A stretch of DNA of 64,000 nt, taken from NCBI GenBank assembly GCA_037441385.1, contig JBBISH010000001.1:64001-128000 (forward strand). The letters are read 5' to 3'. Shown here one piece after another: positions 29,760 to 38,781 of the stretch (its first letter is position 1; every line of letters starts with the position of its first letter). Below the pieces are notes generated by a model, which was given only the letters and a program-made list of their open reading frames with translations, was not told the DNA's origin and ran no database searches. The position numbers and the translations under genes were made by a program. The DNA is from Myxococcales bacterium (GTDB taxonomy: Bacteria; Myxococcota_A; UBA9042).

Positions 29760-30983
29760 TCAGTAGACCGACAACCCCATCGACCCGCCCTGCGTCCAGC
29801 CGCCTGCGCTGACGGACGACTGCGCGTAATTGCCGCCGTAGCGCAAGAACATCGCCAGGCGGGTGGTCCACTCGATCTCGAATAGGCCGCCCACGGCGTA
29901 GTAGGGGCGATTCTCGCTGAACTCCGCCCAGTCGCCGCCGCCGGCCTTGGCCCACTCCAAGCCGGCACCGCCGTACGCGCCCAGGTGAAGGCGCCCCAAA
30001 TCCAACGGCATCAGCTGCACTTCCGCGCCCGCGCGCAGGGTCAGGTAGTCGCTTGCGCCAAAAGTGCCCGAGCCGAACTGCGTGCGCGCGACCACGCCCA
30101 CCATCTGAGTGGGGAAGACGCCAAACGCCAGCTCGGCCGCGCCCGCGGGCTGAACCATGCTGCCGCCCAAAGCCACGCCGGTGTAGCCGCCGCCCAACTG
30201 GTAGGTGAATCCTTCGCGATCCAGCGGCGCCCGCCCGCGCAGCCACAGGCCCATGCCCTCTTGGCCCACCAGGACCGCGGTCTCGTCGGGGCGCATGTCG
30301 CCGGGGCGAATCTCGTCCAGCGCCAGGATGCGGTGACCGCCGTTGTCGCTGAGCAAGTGCACCGGGTGGTGCGGGTGAACGGCGACCCAGCCGTCGTGGC
30401 GCGCCCCTTCTGTCGCGGCCAGCGCAACGCCCACAACGATGGCGGTGACCACTAGCACCGCCGCAGCCCCTGCCAGGCTATCGCGATCGGCCTTGCCCTT
30501 GCTGGCCGCGGCCTTGGCGACTTCGCTCATGCCCCCCTTGTCGGCCGGTCCTGGCGAAGGAGTCGCGACGCCGCCTGCCCCAACCGCACCACCGCCGCCG
30601 ACTCGAACATAGTAGGGCGTGTAGAACGGGTCACCCCAGCCGTAGCCACCGTAGTAAGAATAGTGCGGAGTTACAGGCACTCCGACCGGCACGGGCACCG
30701 GCGCGGGTGGCGCGTCGCCCGCCTCGGCTTGCGGACCGGGGTCAAAGGGCGGAGCCGGCGGCACATCGGCCGACGTCGAAAACCGTTGCACAGAGCGAAC
30801 ATGCTTACCCCGTTCGCTGCGGTCGACCTTGCTGAGGCGCTCGATCTCGTCGTGGCTGACCGTGAAGGTGGGCGACAAGCAAGCCGACTGAAGCAGGCCG
30901 GCAAGGGCGACCACGGCAACCGCGCCACTGCGCGCAAAGCGCGCGAGGACCGGGACTGGAATAGGGGAATAGGGCTCGCGCAT
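29760..30983 (-). CDS. Hypothetical lipoprotein with a Tyr/Gly-rich segment and C-terminal outer-membrane beta-barrel-like domain
   Basis: Lipobox-like QSAC. The last ~150 aa are alternating amphipathic strands ending in an aromatic residue (GLSVY). Confidence 0.6.
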   Translation of the reverse strand: MREPYSPIPVPVLARFARSGAVAVVALAGLLQSACLSPTFTVSHDEIERLSKVDRSERGKHVRSVQRFSTSADVPPAPPFDPGPQAEAGDAPPAPVPVPVGVPVTPHYSYYGGYGWGDPFYTPYYVRVGGGGAVGAGGVATPSPGPADKGGMSEVAKAAASKGKADRDSLAGAAAVLVVTAIVVGVALAATEGARHDGWVAVHPHHPVHLLSDNGGHRILALDEIRPGDMRPDETAVLVGQEGMGLWLRGRAPLDREGFTYQLGGGYTGVALGGSMVQPAGAAELAFGVFPTQMVGVVARTQFGSGTFGASDYLTLRAGAEVQLMPLDLGRLHLGAYGGAGLEWAKAGGGDWAEFSENRPYYAVGGLFEIEWTTRLAMFLRYGGNYAQSSVSAGGWTQGGSMGLSVY

Positions 30984-31165
30984 GTCGACCTCGCCGCAAG
31001 GATGCTGCCCGGCACTATAGCTCATTTCGGCGCAACCGCACCAATGGCGTGCCGCCCCCCACGCAGGGCATGCAACGGCGAGGCAACCTCGCTATGCTTG
31101 ACGCTTGGCCGCCGCCGCGGCAGCAGGGCAATATGGGGCGGGCGCTCCCGGTCATCGCCAATTGT

Positions 31166-33088
31166 ATGAGTATGTTCAACGCGTTGCCGCATGTCCAGCG
31201 CGCGACACTCGCGGCCAGCGTGGCGGCGGTGGGGCTGCTGGCTTGCCGGCGCGAGGCACCGGAAACGCCCGTGGCCGCACCTGCTTCAACTCAGGCGCCT
31301 GCCCCGGTTGCTGCTGAGTCCGTCCCGCCGCCTCGCTCGCCGCGCATGGGCTGGAGTTCGGGCCGAGTCGAACGCCAAACCATCGATGTGCTGGTGCGCG
31401 CGGACGCGCCTGGGCTCGAGCCCGGCCCGGCCGATGGCGCAATCCGCCCGGTGGCCGATGCGTGGCGGTCCCTGGGCGGCGTAGAGCACGTGGTCACGCG
31501 CGCGCGCGAAGGCGAAGTGCGGGCGCTGATTCGCTTTGACGCTACCGCGCAACTGCCCGACGCGGCCACCGCCGCAGTGGCCTCGGCCTGGCAAGCTCAC
31601 CGGCCGCCCGAGCTGGCAACGCCGCAAATTGCTTGGATTCCCAGAGGGAATCGCGCACGGTTAGGCTGGGCCTTTACCAGTTTTGACGGCGGCGAAGACG
31701 CGACCGCGTTGGCCGTGCAGGTAGCGCCGCAGCTGCTGCAGCAATGGCCGGCCTTGGCGCGCACCGAGGTCGCTGGCACGGTGCGGCCGGTGTTCTTCGT
31801 CGACGTGCTGACCAAGTCCGTGCAAGACCGCGGCTCGACCTTGGCGATGGTGGCGGCCGGGGTGCGAAATGTGCTGCAAAGCCACGCCGGGCAGACCAAG
31901 GTCGACGCGGGGCCGCAATCACAGAACATTTTGCAAGCAGCCGTGGATACGGGGAAAATCGGTGTGCACGATCGCGGCGCGCCCGTGGAATTGAGCCGCG
32001 TGGTGGCGCTGCGGCGCGGATTGGGCGGCCCGGTGCGCTCGGGGCTGGTCGGCCGAAACGAGGCGGTGCTCTTGCGCGGCGAGATGGGCGTCGGTGGCGA
32101 GATGGGCAATCTAGAGGCCAAGGCGCGGGCCGAGTTGGCTGCCGCTGGGCACCTGGGGGCGCGACGGCAGGTGTACCCGCAGACTCTGGCCGTGGCGTCG
32201 CGCCTGGTGTTGGATTTGCGCGCAGACCAAACGCCCGAGCGGCCCGTCGATCTGGCCAAACGGCTGTTGGTGGTCCGCGAAATGCCGGGTGTGGTGGGCG
32301 TGGCGGCCATGCAAGGTCTTGACGGGATTCCAGAACCGCTGGACAGCGACGTGCCCGCCAATCGCCGCTGGACGGTTTGGGTGACGGTGTCGACGCCCAA
32401 TGCCGAAGCGCTGATCACGTCGATCGCCGGGCAGCTTGGCGAAGGTCCGTGGCAGGCCTACTCGATCCCCGGCAACCTGGACACGAGCTTGGCTTGGCTG
32501 CTCGATCGTCCCGCGGCGGCGGGCGCGCTGGTGGCCGCTCGGGATCCGGCCCAGTTGGCGCCGGCGGTGGCCGCGCTGGGCGAACAGCTCAAGAAGCATC
32601 CAGACTTTGCCAACCTGCGATCGGGTCCGCAGCGACGCGGCGCCGTGGCGACGTTTGCCCGCCTGCGGGTCGACAACCTGCTGGCCGCGCACTTGCCTAG
32701 CGACGACGCGGCCTTGGCGCTGAACTTGGTCGACCGACCGCAGCCCATCGGTGTTTTTGGCGGCGCGGACGTGTGGTTGGGCCTGCCCACTGGCGCGATG
32801 GCTGCCGAGTACGGGACTCTGCCCCTGGCGTGGCTCCCGCCCGCGAACCGACCGGCGCTGCTGGGCGACATCATCCAACTGCCCAGCGACATGACCGTTT
32901 TGGAGCGTCTGCGCGTCGATGGCGATCCGGCGCTGTGGGTGCAGGTCGACAACCACGGGATGCTGCCCGATGTGGCGGTGACCGCGTTTCGCGACGCGTT
33001 TGAACGGGCCAGCATCGCGCCCACAGTGCAGCGCCTGGGCTTAACCGTGGCCGATCCCACCCTTGGCCTTGGGGCTTGCGTCCCATGA
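31166..33088 (+). CDS. Lipoprotein made of RND (CusA/AcrB-like) periplasmic porter and docking subdomains, without TM helices
   Basis: Lipobox LLAC. Collinear motif similarity (by eye) to PN1, PN2, DN, PC1, PC2 and DC of HME/HAE RND pumps; no TM blocks. Confidence 0.65.
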   Translation: MSMFNALPHVQRATLAASVAAVGLLACRREAPETPVAAPASTQAPAPVAAESVPPPRSPRMGWSSGRVERQTIDVLVRADAPGLEPGPADGAIRPVADAWRSLGGVEHVVTRAREGEVRALIRFDATAQLPDAATAAVASAWQAHRPPELATPQIAWIPRGNRARLGWAFTSFDGGEDATALAVQVAPQLLQQWPALARTEVAGTVRPVFFVDVLTKSVQDRGSTLAMVAAGVRNVLQSHAGQTKVDAGPQSQNILQAAVDTGKIGVHDRGAPVELSRVVALRRGLGGPVRSGLVGRNEAVLLRGEMGVGGEMGNLEAKARAELAAAGHLGARRQVYPQTLAVASRLVLDLRADQTPERPVDLAKRLLVVREMPGVVGVAAMQGLDGIPEPLDSDVPANRRWTVWVTVSTPNAEALITSIAGQLGEGPWQAYSIPGNLDTSLAWLLDRPAAAGALVAARDPAQLAPAVAALGEQLKKHPDFANLRSGPQRRGAVATFARLRVDNLLAAHLPSDDAALALNLVDRPQPIGVFGGADVWLGLPTGAMAAEYGTLPLAWLPPANRPALLGDIIQLPSDMTVLERLRVDGDPALWVQVDNHGMLPDVAVTAFRDAFERASIAPTVQRLGLTVADPTLGLGACVP

Positions 33089-34218
33089 AATCCGCCGCGC
33101 CGGATGCACGCGCCCGCGGGCGTCGCCGGCTGGCGACAGTTCTTGTCGCATGGCAGTTGACCGTCGGTTGTGGCGCGCTGGACGAGTCGGCCCCAGTGGT
33201 CGCCAAACCCAGCCACTGCAAGACCGTGGACGAGCGTCTGGCACCGCTGATGAAGCTGGCCCATCAGGGTAAAACCAGCCACCTGGCGGCACTGGTGGCC
33301 GAACGCCTGGATCCGGCTGGCCAACGCGCCGTAGTGCAACTGGTGCTGGACATTGCCTACGCGCTACCAGGGGACATCAGCAAGGATCTTCCAGATCTGC
33401 TCGCACCCACGGGTTTGGGCGCGCTGGTGCCGTTGCTGGTAGCCATCTTGGCTCCCCTGCCGGGTGATCCGCACGCTACGCCGCCGGTACCGCCCAAGAT
33501 CGAGGCCATGAAGGCGTTTTCGGCCGTGGCTCAAAGCTGCCTGAGCCAAGAGATGTTCGTTTTGGGCAAGCGGCTGTTCGCCGAGCCCGAAGCCGCCGAC
33601 GCGGTGGCGGGTCTGCTGGGCGCGGGCACGGGCGGGATCAAGCAGATCCTGGGTGCGGTGCAGGCCGCGGGCGCCGAGGGGCGCATGGGCATGCAGACGC
33701 TGGTCCGCAACCTGATGACTTCGCTGGCGGCCGATGATTTTGCCCCCGAGCCGCTGCTGGCGCTGCTCGACCGCCTGGTCGATCCTGCCAATCCCGGTGC
33801 GCTGGGTGCCGTGAGCACGTTCTTGCACAGCATGGTGCTGGGTCACTCGGCGCAGGACCGCCAGCAAGCTCTGCAGGCGCTGGGCGGATTTGCCAAGTGT
33901 ATGCTGGCGCTGGACCCCGACATGGCGATTGCCGGCCACGCCTACGATGTGGTGGCCAACTTGGAACTGCCCGAAGCGGCGACCATCACCATCGACACCC
34001 ACCGCTGGCTGCCCATTGTGGCGATTGCGATGGACGTGCTGGCCAGTCACCCCGCCTCGCGCGATGCCTGGAGCCAGCTGCTGGGACTGCTGCTGCGGCC
34101 AGAGACGGGTATCGCCGCCCTGCCCGACTTGGTCGCGCTGATGCAAAGCGAAGCGCTGCCAGGTGTTTTTGGTCTTCTGGCCGATCTGGTGGCCCTACCT
34201 TGCCAGGAGCAGCCGTGA
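33085..34218 (+). CDS. Hypothetical alpha-helical, Leu-rich lipoprotein
   Basis: ATGA overlap with the upstream gene; lipobox TVGC; amphipathic helical pattern; four additional Cys. Confidence 0.7.
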   Translation: MKSAAPDARARGRRRLATVLVAWQLTVGCGALDESAPVVAKPSHCKTVDERLAPLMKLAHQGKTSHLAALVAERLDPAGQRAVVQLVLDIAYALPGDISKDLPDLLAPTGLGALVPLLVAILAPLPGDPHATPPVPPKIEAMKAFSAVAQSCLSQEMFVLGKRLFAEPEAADAVAGLLGAGTGGIKQILGAVQAAGAEGRMGMQTLVRNLMTSLAADDFAPEPLLALLDRLVDPANPGALGAVSTFLHSMVLGHSAQDRQQALQALGGFAKCMLALDPDMAIAGHAYDVVANLELPEAATITIDTHRWLPIVAIAMDVLASHPASRDAWSQLLGLLLRPETGIAALPDLVALMQSEALPGVFGLLADLVALPCQEQP

Positions 34219-35621
34219 CCACCGCGCGGCTTGCGGCGGCTGCCGCGACCCTGTTCTTGGCAACTCCTTGCCATGCCTCGGTTTTTGAGCTGTTTGGCGC
34301 CGGTCCCCGCTCAATGGCGATGGTGGGCGCGAGCACGGCGTCGGCCGAGGGTGGCGAAGCCGCATTCCACAACCCCGCCATGCTCATGGCATCGCCCTTG
34401 GCCGGCGCGTGGTTCGGCGTGTCGACCACCCGCATGGGCCTGGACATCACATTGCAGCGGCCCGTCTGCACGGGCAGTTACACCAGCTGCAACAGCCAAT
34501 ATCCCGGTGGCTTTTCTAGCCGCAACCCCGTATTGCCAGAGAACTCGAGTGCCTTTGAGCTGGGCTGGAACTACCCGGTTGGCGGCATCTTGCGCAACCG
34601 GTTGGCCTTTGGCGCCGCGCTGGCCCTGCCGGTAGGGCACTTGATCCGCATTGCCGGCCCCGATCCGCAGGCGCCAAACTTCATTCAATACGAGGGCATG
34701 CCCGATCGCCTGGCCTTCCTGGTCTCGATGGCGGGCCGCATCACGGACCGATGGTGGCTGGGCGTGGGCACGCAGGTTCTGGCCGTGCTGAATGCGCAGA
34801 TCGACCTGCAACTCAACGCCACCAATCGCAACTATGACCGCGCGACCATCAACATCGGTCTGCAGCCGCGGGCGCGCTTGACCGCCGGCACCGCGTTCCA
34901 TCCCCGCGACGACCTGTGGTTTGGGCTGGCATGGCGACAGCAATTGTCGCTGCAATACGGCATCCCGGCCGATGTCGCCGTGGGTTCGCCCGCCGAGCTG
35001 GCCATTGGCTTGGGGCATGACACGCTGTACTCGCCGGATGTGGTCAGCTTGGGCGCGGCTTGGCGCAGTAGCCAGGGCGGCGTGCGCATGTCGGCCGATC
35101 TGGCCTGGTCGCGGTGGTCGGCGATGCCAGACCCTTCGCCGTCGGTAACCCTTGACGTCCGCGGCGACGGCGTGCGCGCCTTTGGCCTGAATTCGGCCTT
35201 GGATGTGGGCACGGATACCCCCATCATTGCCCTGCATTTCCGCGACACCTTCAGTCCGGCGCTCGCCACCGAAGTTCGCCTCACCGACGACCTGCTGCTG
35301 CGCGGCGGCTACCGCTACCGGCCCACGCCCGCACCTCGCGCCGAGGGGCCGTTCAAGTACCTGGACAACGACGCTCATATTCTGGGCTTGGGCGTGGGCT
35401 ACCACTTTGGGACCTTGGCCCCACGTCTCCAGCAGCAACTCCGCGACGCGGGTGCCAGCGCCGTGGACACGCCCGGTCCGCTGCACGTCGACGTGGGGAT
35501 CCAGAGCCAGATCCTGCCTCAGCGCACGGTCTACCCCAGCGACGTCCACGACCCGGTCGGTGGCATCGCCCACGGCGGCAGTGTCTGGCACGCGGGGGTC
35601 GCATTCGGCGGCAGCTTCTGA
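34215..35621 (+). CDS. FadL/OmpP1-family outer-membrane transporter
   Basis: GTGA overlap; signal peptide; hatch motif 'GPRSMAMVGASTASAEGGEAAFHNPA'; 'LRGGYRYRPTP'; C-terminal Phe. Confidence 0.8.
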   Translation: MTTARLAAAAATLFLATPCHASVFELFGAGPRSMAMVGASTASAEGGEAAFHNPAMLMASPLAGAWFGVSTTRMGLDITLQRPVCTGSYTSCNSQYPGGFSSRNPVLPENSSAFELGWNYPVGGILRNRLAFGAALALPVGHLIRIAGPDPQAPNFIQYEGMPDRLAFLVSMAGRITDRWWLGVGTQVLAVLNAQIDLQLNATNRNYDRATINIGLQPRARLTAGTAFHPRDDLWFGLAWRQQLSLQYGIPADVAVGSPAELAIGLGHDTLYSPDVVSLGAAWRSSQGGVRMSADLAWSRWSAMPDPSPSVTLDVRGDGVRAFGLNSALDVGTDTPIIALHFRDTFSPALATEVRLTDDLLLRGGYRYRPTPAPRAEGPFKYLDNDAHILGLGVGYHFGTLAPRLQQQLRDAGASAVDTPGPLHVDVGIQSQILPQRTVYPSDVHDPVGGIAHGGSVWHAGVAFGGSF

Positions 35622-35724
35622 CACAATCGCCTGCGGGACCGCGGGGCAGCGCAGGATCACGTCGACATGGCGCAGGCTTCCCCAGTTACCAGCGCGACTT
35701 GCGCCAGCACCGGTGTGGCCATCC

Positions 35725-36492
35725 ATGCAACAGATACTCCGCAATCGCATCCGCATAGGCCTACTCGCGACGGCCGCGACCTTGGCGCTTGCCGGCTGCG
35801 GCAGCTCGACCAGCACGCCGAGCGCCGCCAGCGACAGCCAAGGCAGCCTGGACACCGCCAGCAGCGACACCAAGGCCGATACCAACACCACCAAGACGGA
35901 CACCACCGTCAAAGCCGACACCACCAAAGCCCCCTGCAAGCCTTGGGAAACGCCCACCGAATGGAACTGCCCAGCCGACACGCACTGCGCGTACGACGAG
36001 AATGACGTGATCGCCTGCATGCCCAACGGCAGCCACGGCGTGGGCGAAGACTGCGCCGACGGTGGCGGCTGCAAGATCGGGCTGTGCGTGCAAGCCAGCA
36101 ACGGCGCATCGGCCTGCGCCCCGTTCTGCACGACTGAGAGCCAGTGCGACTCGAACACCTGCAACAAGATCCAGGGCAAGAAGTACAGCACCTGCGACGT
36201 GGCCAAGTACACCTCGTGCGCGCCCCTGACGCCCAAGTGCCCCACGGGCCAGTCGTGCTACCTGCTGGGCAACCTGGGCTTTGTCTGCTCGAACGCCGGC
36301 ACGCTGCAAAGCGGCGAGGCTTGCGTCAGCAATTCGGAGTGTGCGCCCGGCCTTACGTGCGCGGGCGCCGCGGGCAGCACCAACGGCCTATGCCGCAAGC
36401 TGTGCAGCACCACCTCTCAGCCCAACGGCTGCGACGATCCGTCGACCAACTGCTCCAAGCTCGGCTCGGGCGCAGGGTACTGTGAGCAATAG
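35725..36492 (+). CDS. Cysteine-rich lipoprotein with a Thr/Ser-rich linker
   Basis: Lipobox LAGC; 'DTKADTNTTKTDTT' linker; Cys repeats such as 'GEACVSNSECAPGLTC...CRKLC'. Confidence 0.8.
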   Translation: MQQILRNRIRIGLLATAATLALAGCGSSTSTPSAASDSQGSLDTASSDTKADTNTTKTDTTVKADTTKAPCKPWETPTEWNCPADTHCAYDENDVIACMPNGSHGVGEDCADGGGCKIGLCVQASNGASACAPFCTTESQCDSNTCNKIQGKKYSTCDVAKYTSCAPLTPKCPTGQSCYLLGNLGFVCSNAGTLQSGEACVSNSECAPGLTCAGAAGSTNGLCRKLCSTTSQPNGCDDPSTNCSKLGSGAGYCEQ

Positions 36493-36525
36493 CCGCCCCG
36501 TCCGCTTGACTCAGGTAGGGTTCGC

Positions 36526-38037
36526 ATGAGCACTCCTCCCAGCCTGCTCGACATTTTGGACACCACGGTCACGCTCGAGTGGGCCGAGACGCGCAGTATG
36601 GGCACGCTGCTGCAGCTTGGCGGGCGCAGCTTGGTGGTCACGGCCCTGCGCGCACCCGAAGTCGGCACCACGGTGTTCCTGCGCATCGAAGACGACAAGT
36701 CCGGCGAGGCCATGGCAGTCGACGGAACCTGCACCGGCGTGACCCAGAGCGACTGGGGCGAGCAGGAAGTCGCCCTCGACGTCAAACGGGTCGGGACAGT
36801 GGCCTCGGCGGCGGCGCTGCGCAGTTTCTTGGAGCGGCACGGCCTGGAACCCGGCGGCGCGGTGTCGGTCGGCCGCAATCGCGACAATCCCGACCTGAAG
36901 CGCTACGTCTACACCCTTCCCGAGCCCAAGCCCGGTAGCACCGCGACCTCGCCGATTCTCCCGGCGAATGTCACCGCCCGGAACCCTGCACCGGTCGTCC
37001 ACGAGTCCACCAAAACCCTTGGATCGCGCACGGATTTGGCCGCCCAGATTGAAGCCGCTCGGTCTGCCGCGGCGGCTCCACAAGAAGCTGTGGGGCTGGC
37101 CAGGCCCACCGCCCCTTCGCCGCCGCCGGCCGTCGCCATTTCTGTACCGATGCTGGACTCCAGCGCAGATCAAGAGTTGGCTGACCTGCTCTCGGCCCTG
37201 TCCAACGAACGCCCGACCCCGGCGATCGATACCTTGGCCATCGTCACTCCCACCAGCACTGCCGCCAGCCCTGCCGCACCGGCGCAGGCCAAGCCGGCCG
37301 CACCGACCAGGACCGCAGGGCCAAGTGCCGACGAAAACGCTACGGTCGAGCTGTCGCTCGCCAGTCTGGCGCTGGCGGCGCCCAGTCATTCGCCGGTGCC
37401 GACCGCCGCGCAACCGCTGCCGCGTCCGCCAAGCCCCCCGCAGGGAATCTCGGCCCCGGGCAGCCTGCTCGGCGCGGCGCTCAAGCCGGCCCCGGCCAAG
37501 CCAGCGGTCGATCTCGACCACGACTTCTCGGAGAAGATCCTGGTCCAGACCGTCGATCAGGCCACTACGATTGCGGCGCCCGTGGTCACAGTTCCAGGCC
37601 GCGACCGGCCGGCGCCGTCCAGCCCCGCGCTGAACAATCGCCCCACCGAGCAGTCGCCGATGGCGGGCCTGAGCCACACCGAACCGCTCGGCGCGGCACC
37701 ATTGTTCGCCACCGACTCGGCGCAGCGGGTAGAAATTGCGGTCCAGTTCGAACTGGGGCCCAAGAAGAAGAAGATCCCGGGCACATTGATCCGTTTGGGC
37801 GAAAGCAAGTTGCGGGTATGCAGCGACAGCCTGCCCCAATTGTACGAGCGCCTGGCCGTGCTGGTGCCGCTCAAGAACAATCCCAAGAACCTGCTGACGT
37901 TGCGCTGCGAAGTCACCCGCGTGCGCACCGGCGAAGACGGCAGCGTGCCCTGCTTTGACGCCCGCCTGACCGCGGCCGGCAACACTCCGGCGATTCTGGC
38001 CAAAGTGCGCGAATTGCTGAACGAGCCCCCAGGATAG
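36526..38037 (+). CDS. Hypothetical protein: two degenerate PilZ-like domains joined by a long Pro/Ala linker
   Basis: N-terminal 'GTLLQLGGRSLVV...PEVGTTVFLRI...VDGTCTGV' and C-terminal 'GTLIRLGESKLRV...LTLRCEVTRV'. Confidence 0.5.
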   Translation: MSTPPSLLDILDTTVTLEWAETRSMGTLLQLGGRSLVVTALRAPEVGTTVFLRIEDDKSGEAMAVDGTCTGVTQSDWGEQEVALDVKRVGTVASAAALRSFLERHGLEPGGAVSVGRNRDNPDLKRYVYTLPEPKPGSTATSPILPANVTARNPAPVVHESTKTLGSRTDLAAQIEAARSAAAAPQEAVGLARPTAPSPPPAVAISVPMLDSSADQELADLLSALSNERPTPAIDTLAIVTPTSTAASPAAPAQAKPAAPTRTAGPSADENATVELSLASLALAAPSHSPVPTAAQPLPRPPSPPQGISAPGSLLGAALKPAPAKPAVDLDHDFSEKILVQTVDQATTIAAPVVTVPGRDRPAPSSPALNNRPTEQSPMAGLSHTEPLGAAPLFATDSAQRVEIAVQFELGPKKKKIPGTLIRLGESKLRVCSDSLPQLYERLAVLVPLKNNPKNLLTLRCEVTRVRTGEDGSVPCFDARLTAAGNTPAILAKVRELLNEPPG

Positions 38038-38082
38038 GTTGCAGTCGAACCCAGGCCCACGCGGCCCCCGGCGGAGCGAACC

Positions 38083-38781
38083 ATGCCGCACGTACTGATC
38101 GTCGAAGACGAACCGGACTTGCGCGCGTTGGTGGCCCACCACGTGGAAATGGCCGGGCACTCGTGCAGCGAGGCGGGAACTTGCGCCGAGGCCTTGGCAG
38201 CGGCCGGCCAGCAACGGCCCGACATCGTCATCCTGGACCTGATGCTGCCCGACGGTTCGGGCGTGGACGTGTGCCGCAGCCTGCGCGCGCAGCCCAAGCT
38301 GGCCACGGTGCCGATCCTCATGCTGACCGCGCTGGCGGCCGAACCCGAGCGCGTGACGGGCTTCGAGGCCGGTGCCGACGACTACGTGACCAAGCCGTTC
38401 TCGGTCCGCGAGCTGATGTTGCGGATCTCGGCCATCCTGCGGCGTGCGCCCGCGGAGCCGCCGCCGCCGAGCAACGTGGTCGAGGCCGCCGGAATTCGCC
38501 TGGACGCCGAGCGCCACGAGGTCCACGTCCAGGGTGAGTTGCTGCACCTGACCGCGCTGGAATTCCGCCTGTTGGCCGCGCTTTTGGCCAACGCGGGCAA
38601 GGTGCTGACGCGCCAGTCGCTGCTGGAAGATGTGTGGGAGATGAGCCCTGATCTGCGGACGCGGACAGTCGATACGCACGTCAAGCGCCTGCGCGAGCGC
38701 CTGGGCCCCGCTGGCGAGGCCATCGCCACCGTGCGCGGCGTGGGCTACAGCTTGCGCACGGGCAGCGAGGGCCCACAGTGA
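38083..38781 (+). CDS. OmpR/PhoB-family response regulator (PhoB-like)
   Basis: 'VLIVEDE', 'ILDLMLPD', 'GADDYVTKPFS', winged HTH 'RTVDTHVKRLR...TVRGVGY'. Confidence 0.92.
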   Translation: MPHVLIVEDEPDLRALVAHHVEMAGHSCSEAGTCAEALAAAGQQRPDIVILDLMLPDGSGVDVCRSLRAQPKLATVPILMLTALAAEPERVTGFEAGADDYVTKPFSVRELMLRISAILRRAPAEPPPPSNVVEAAGIRLDAERHEVHVQGELLHLTALEFRLLAALLANAGKVLTRQSLLEDVWEMSPDLRTRTVDTHVKRLRERLGPAGEAIATVRGVGYSLRTGSEGPQ

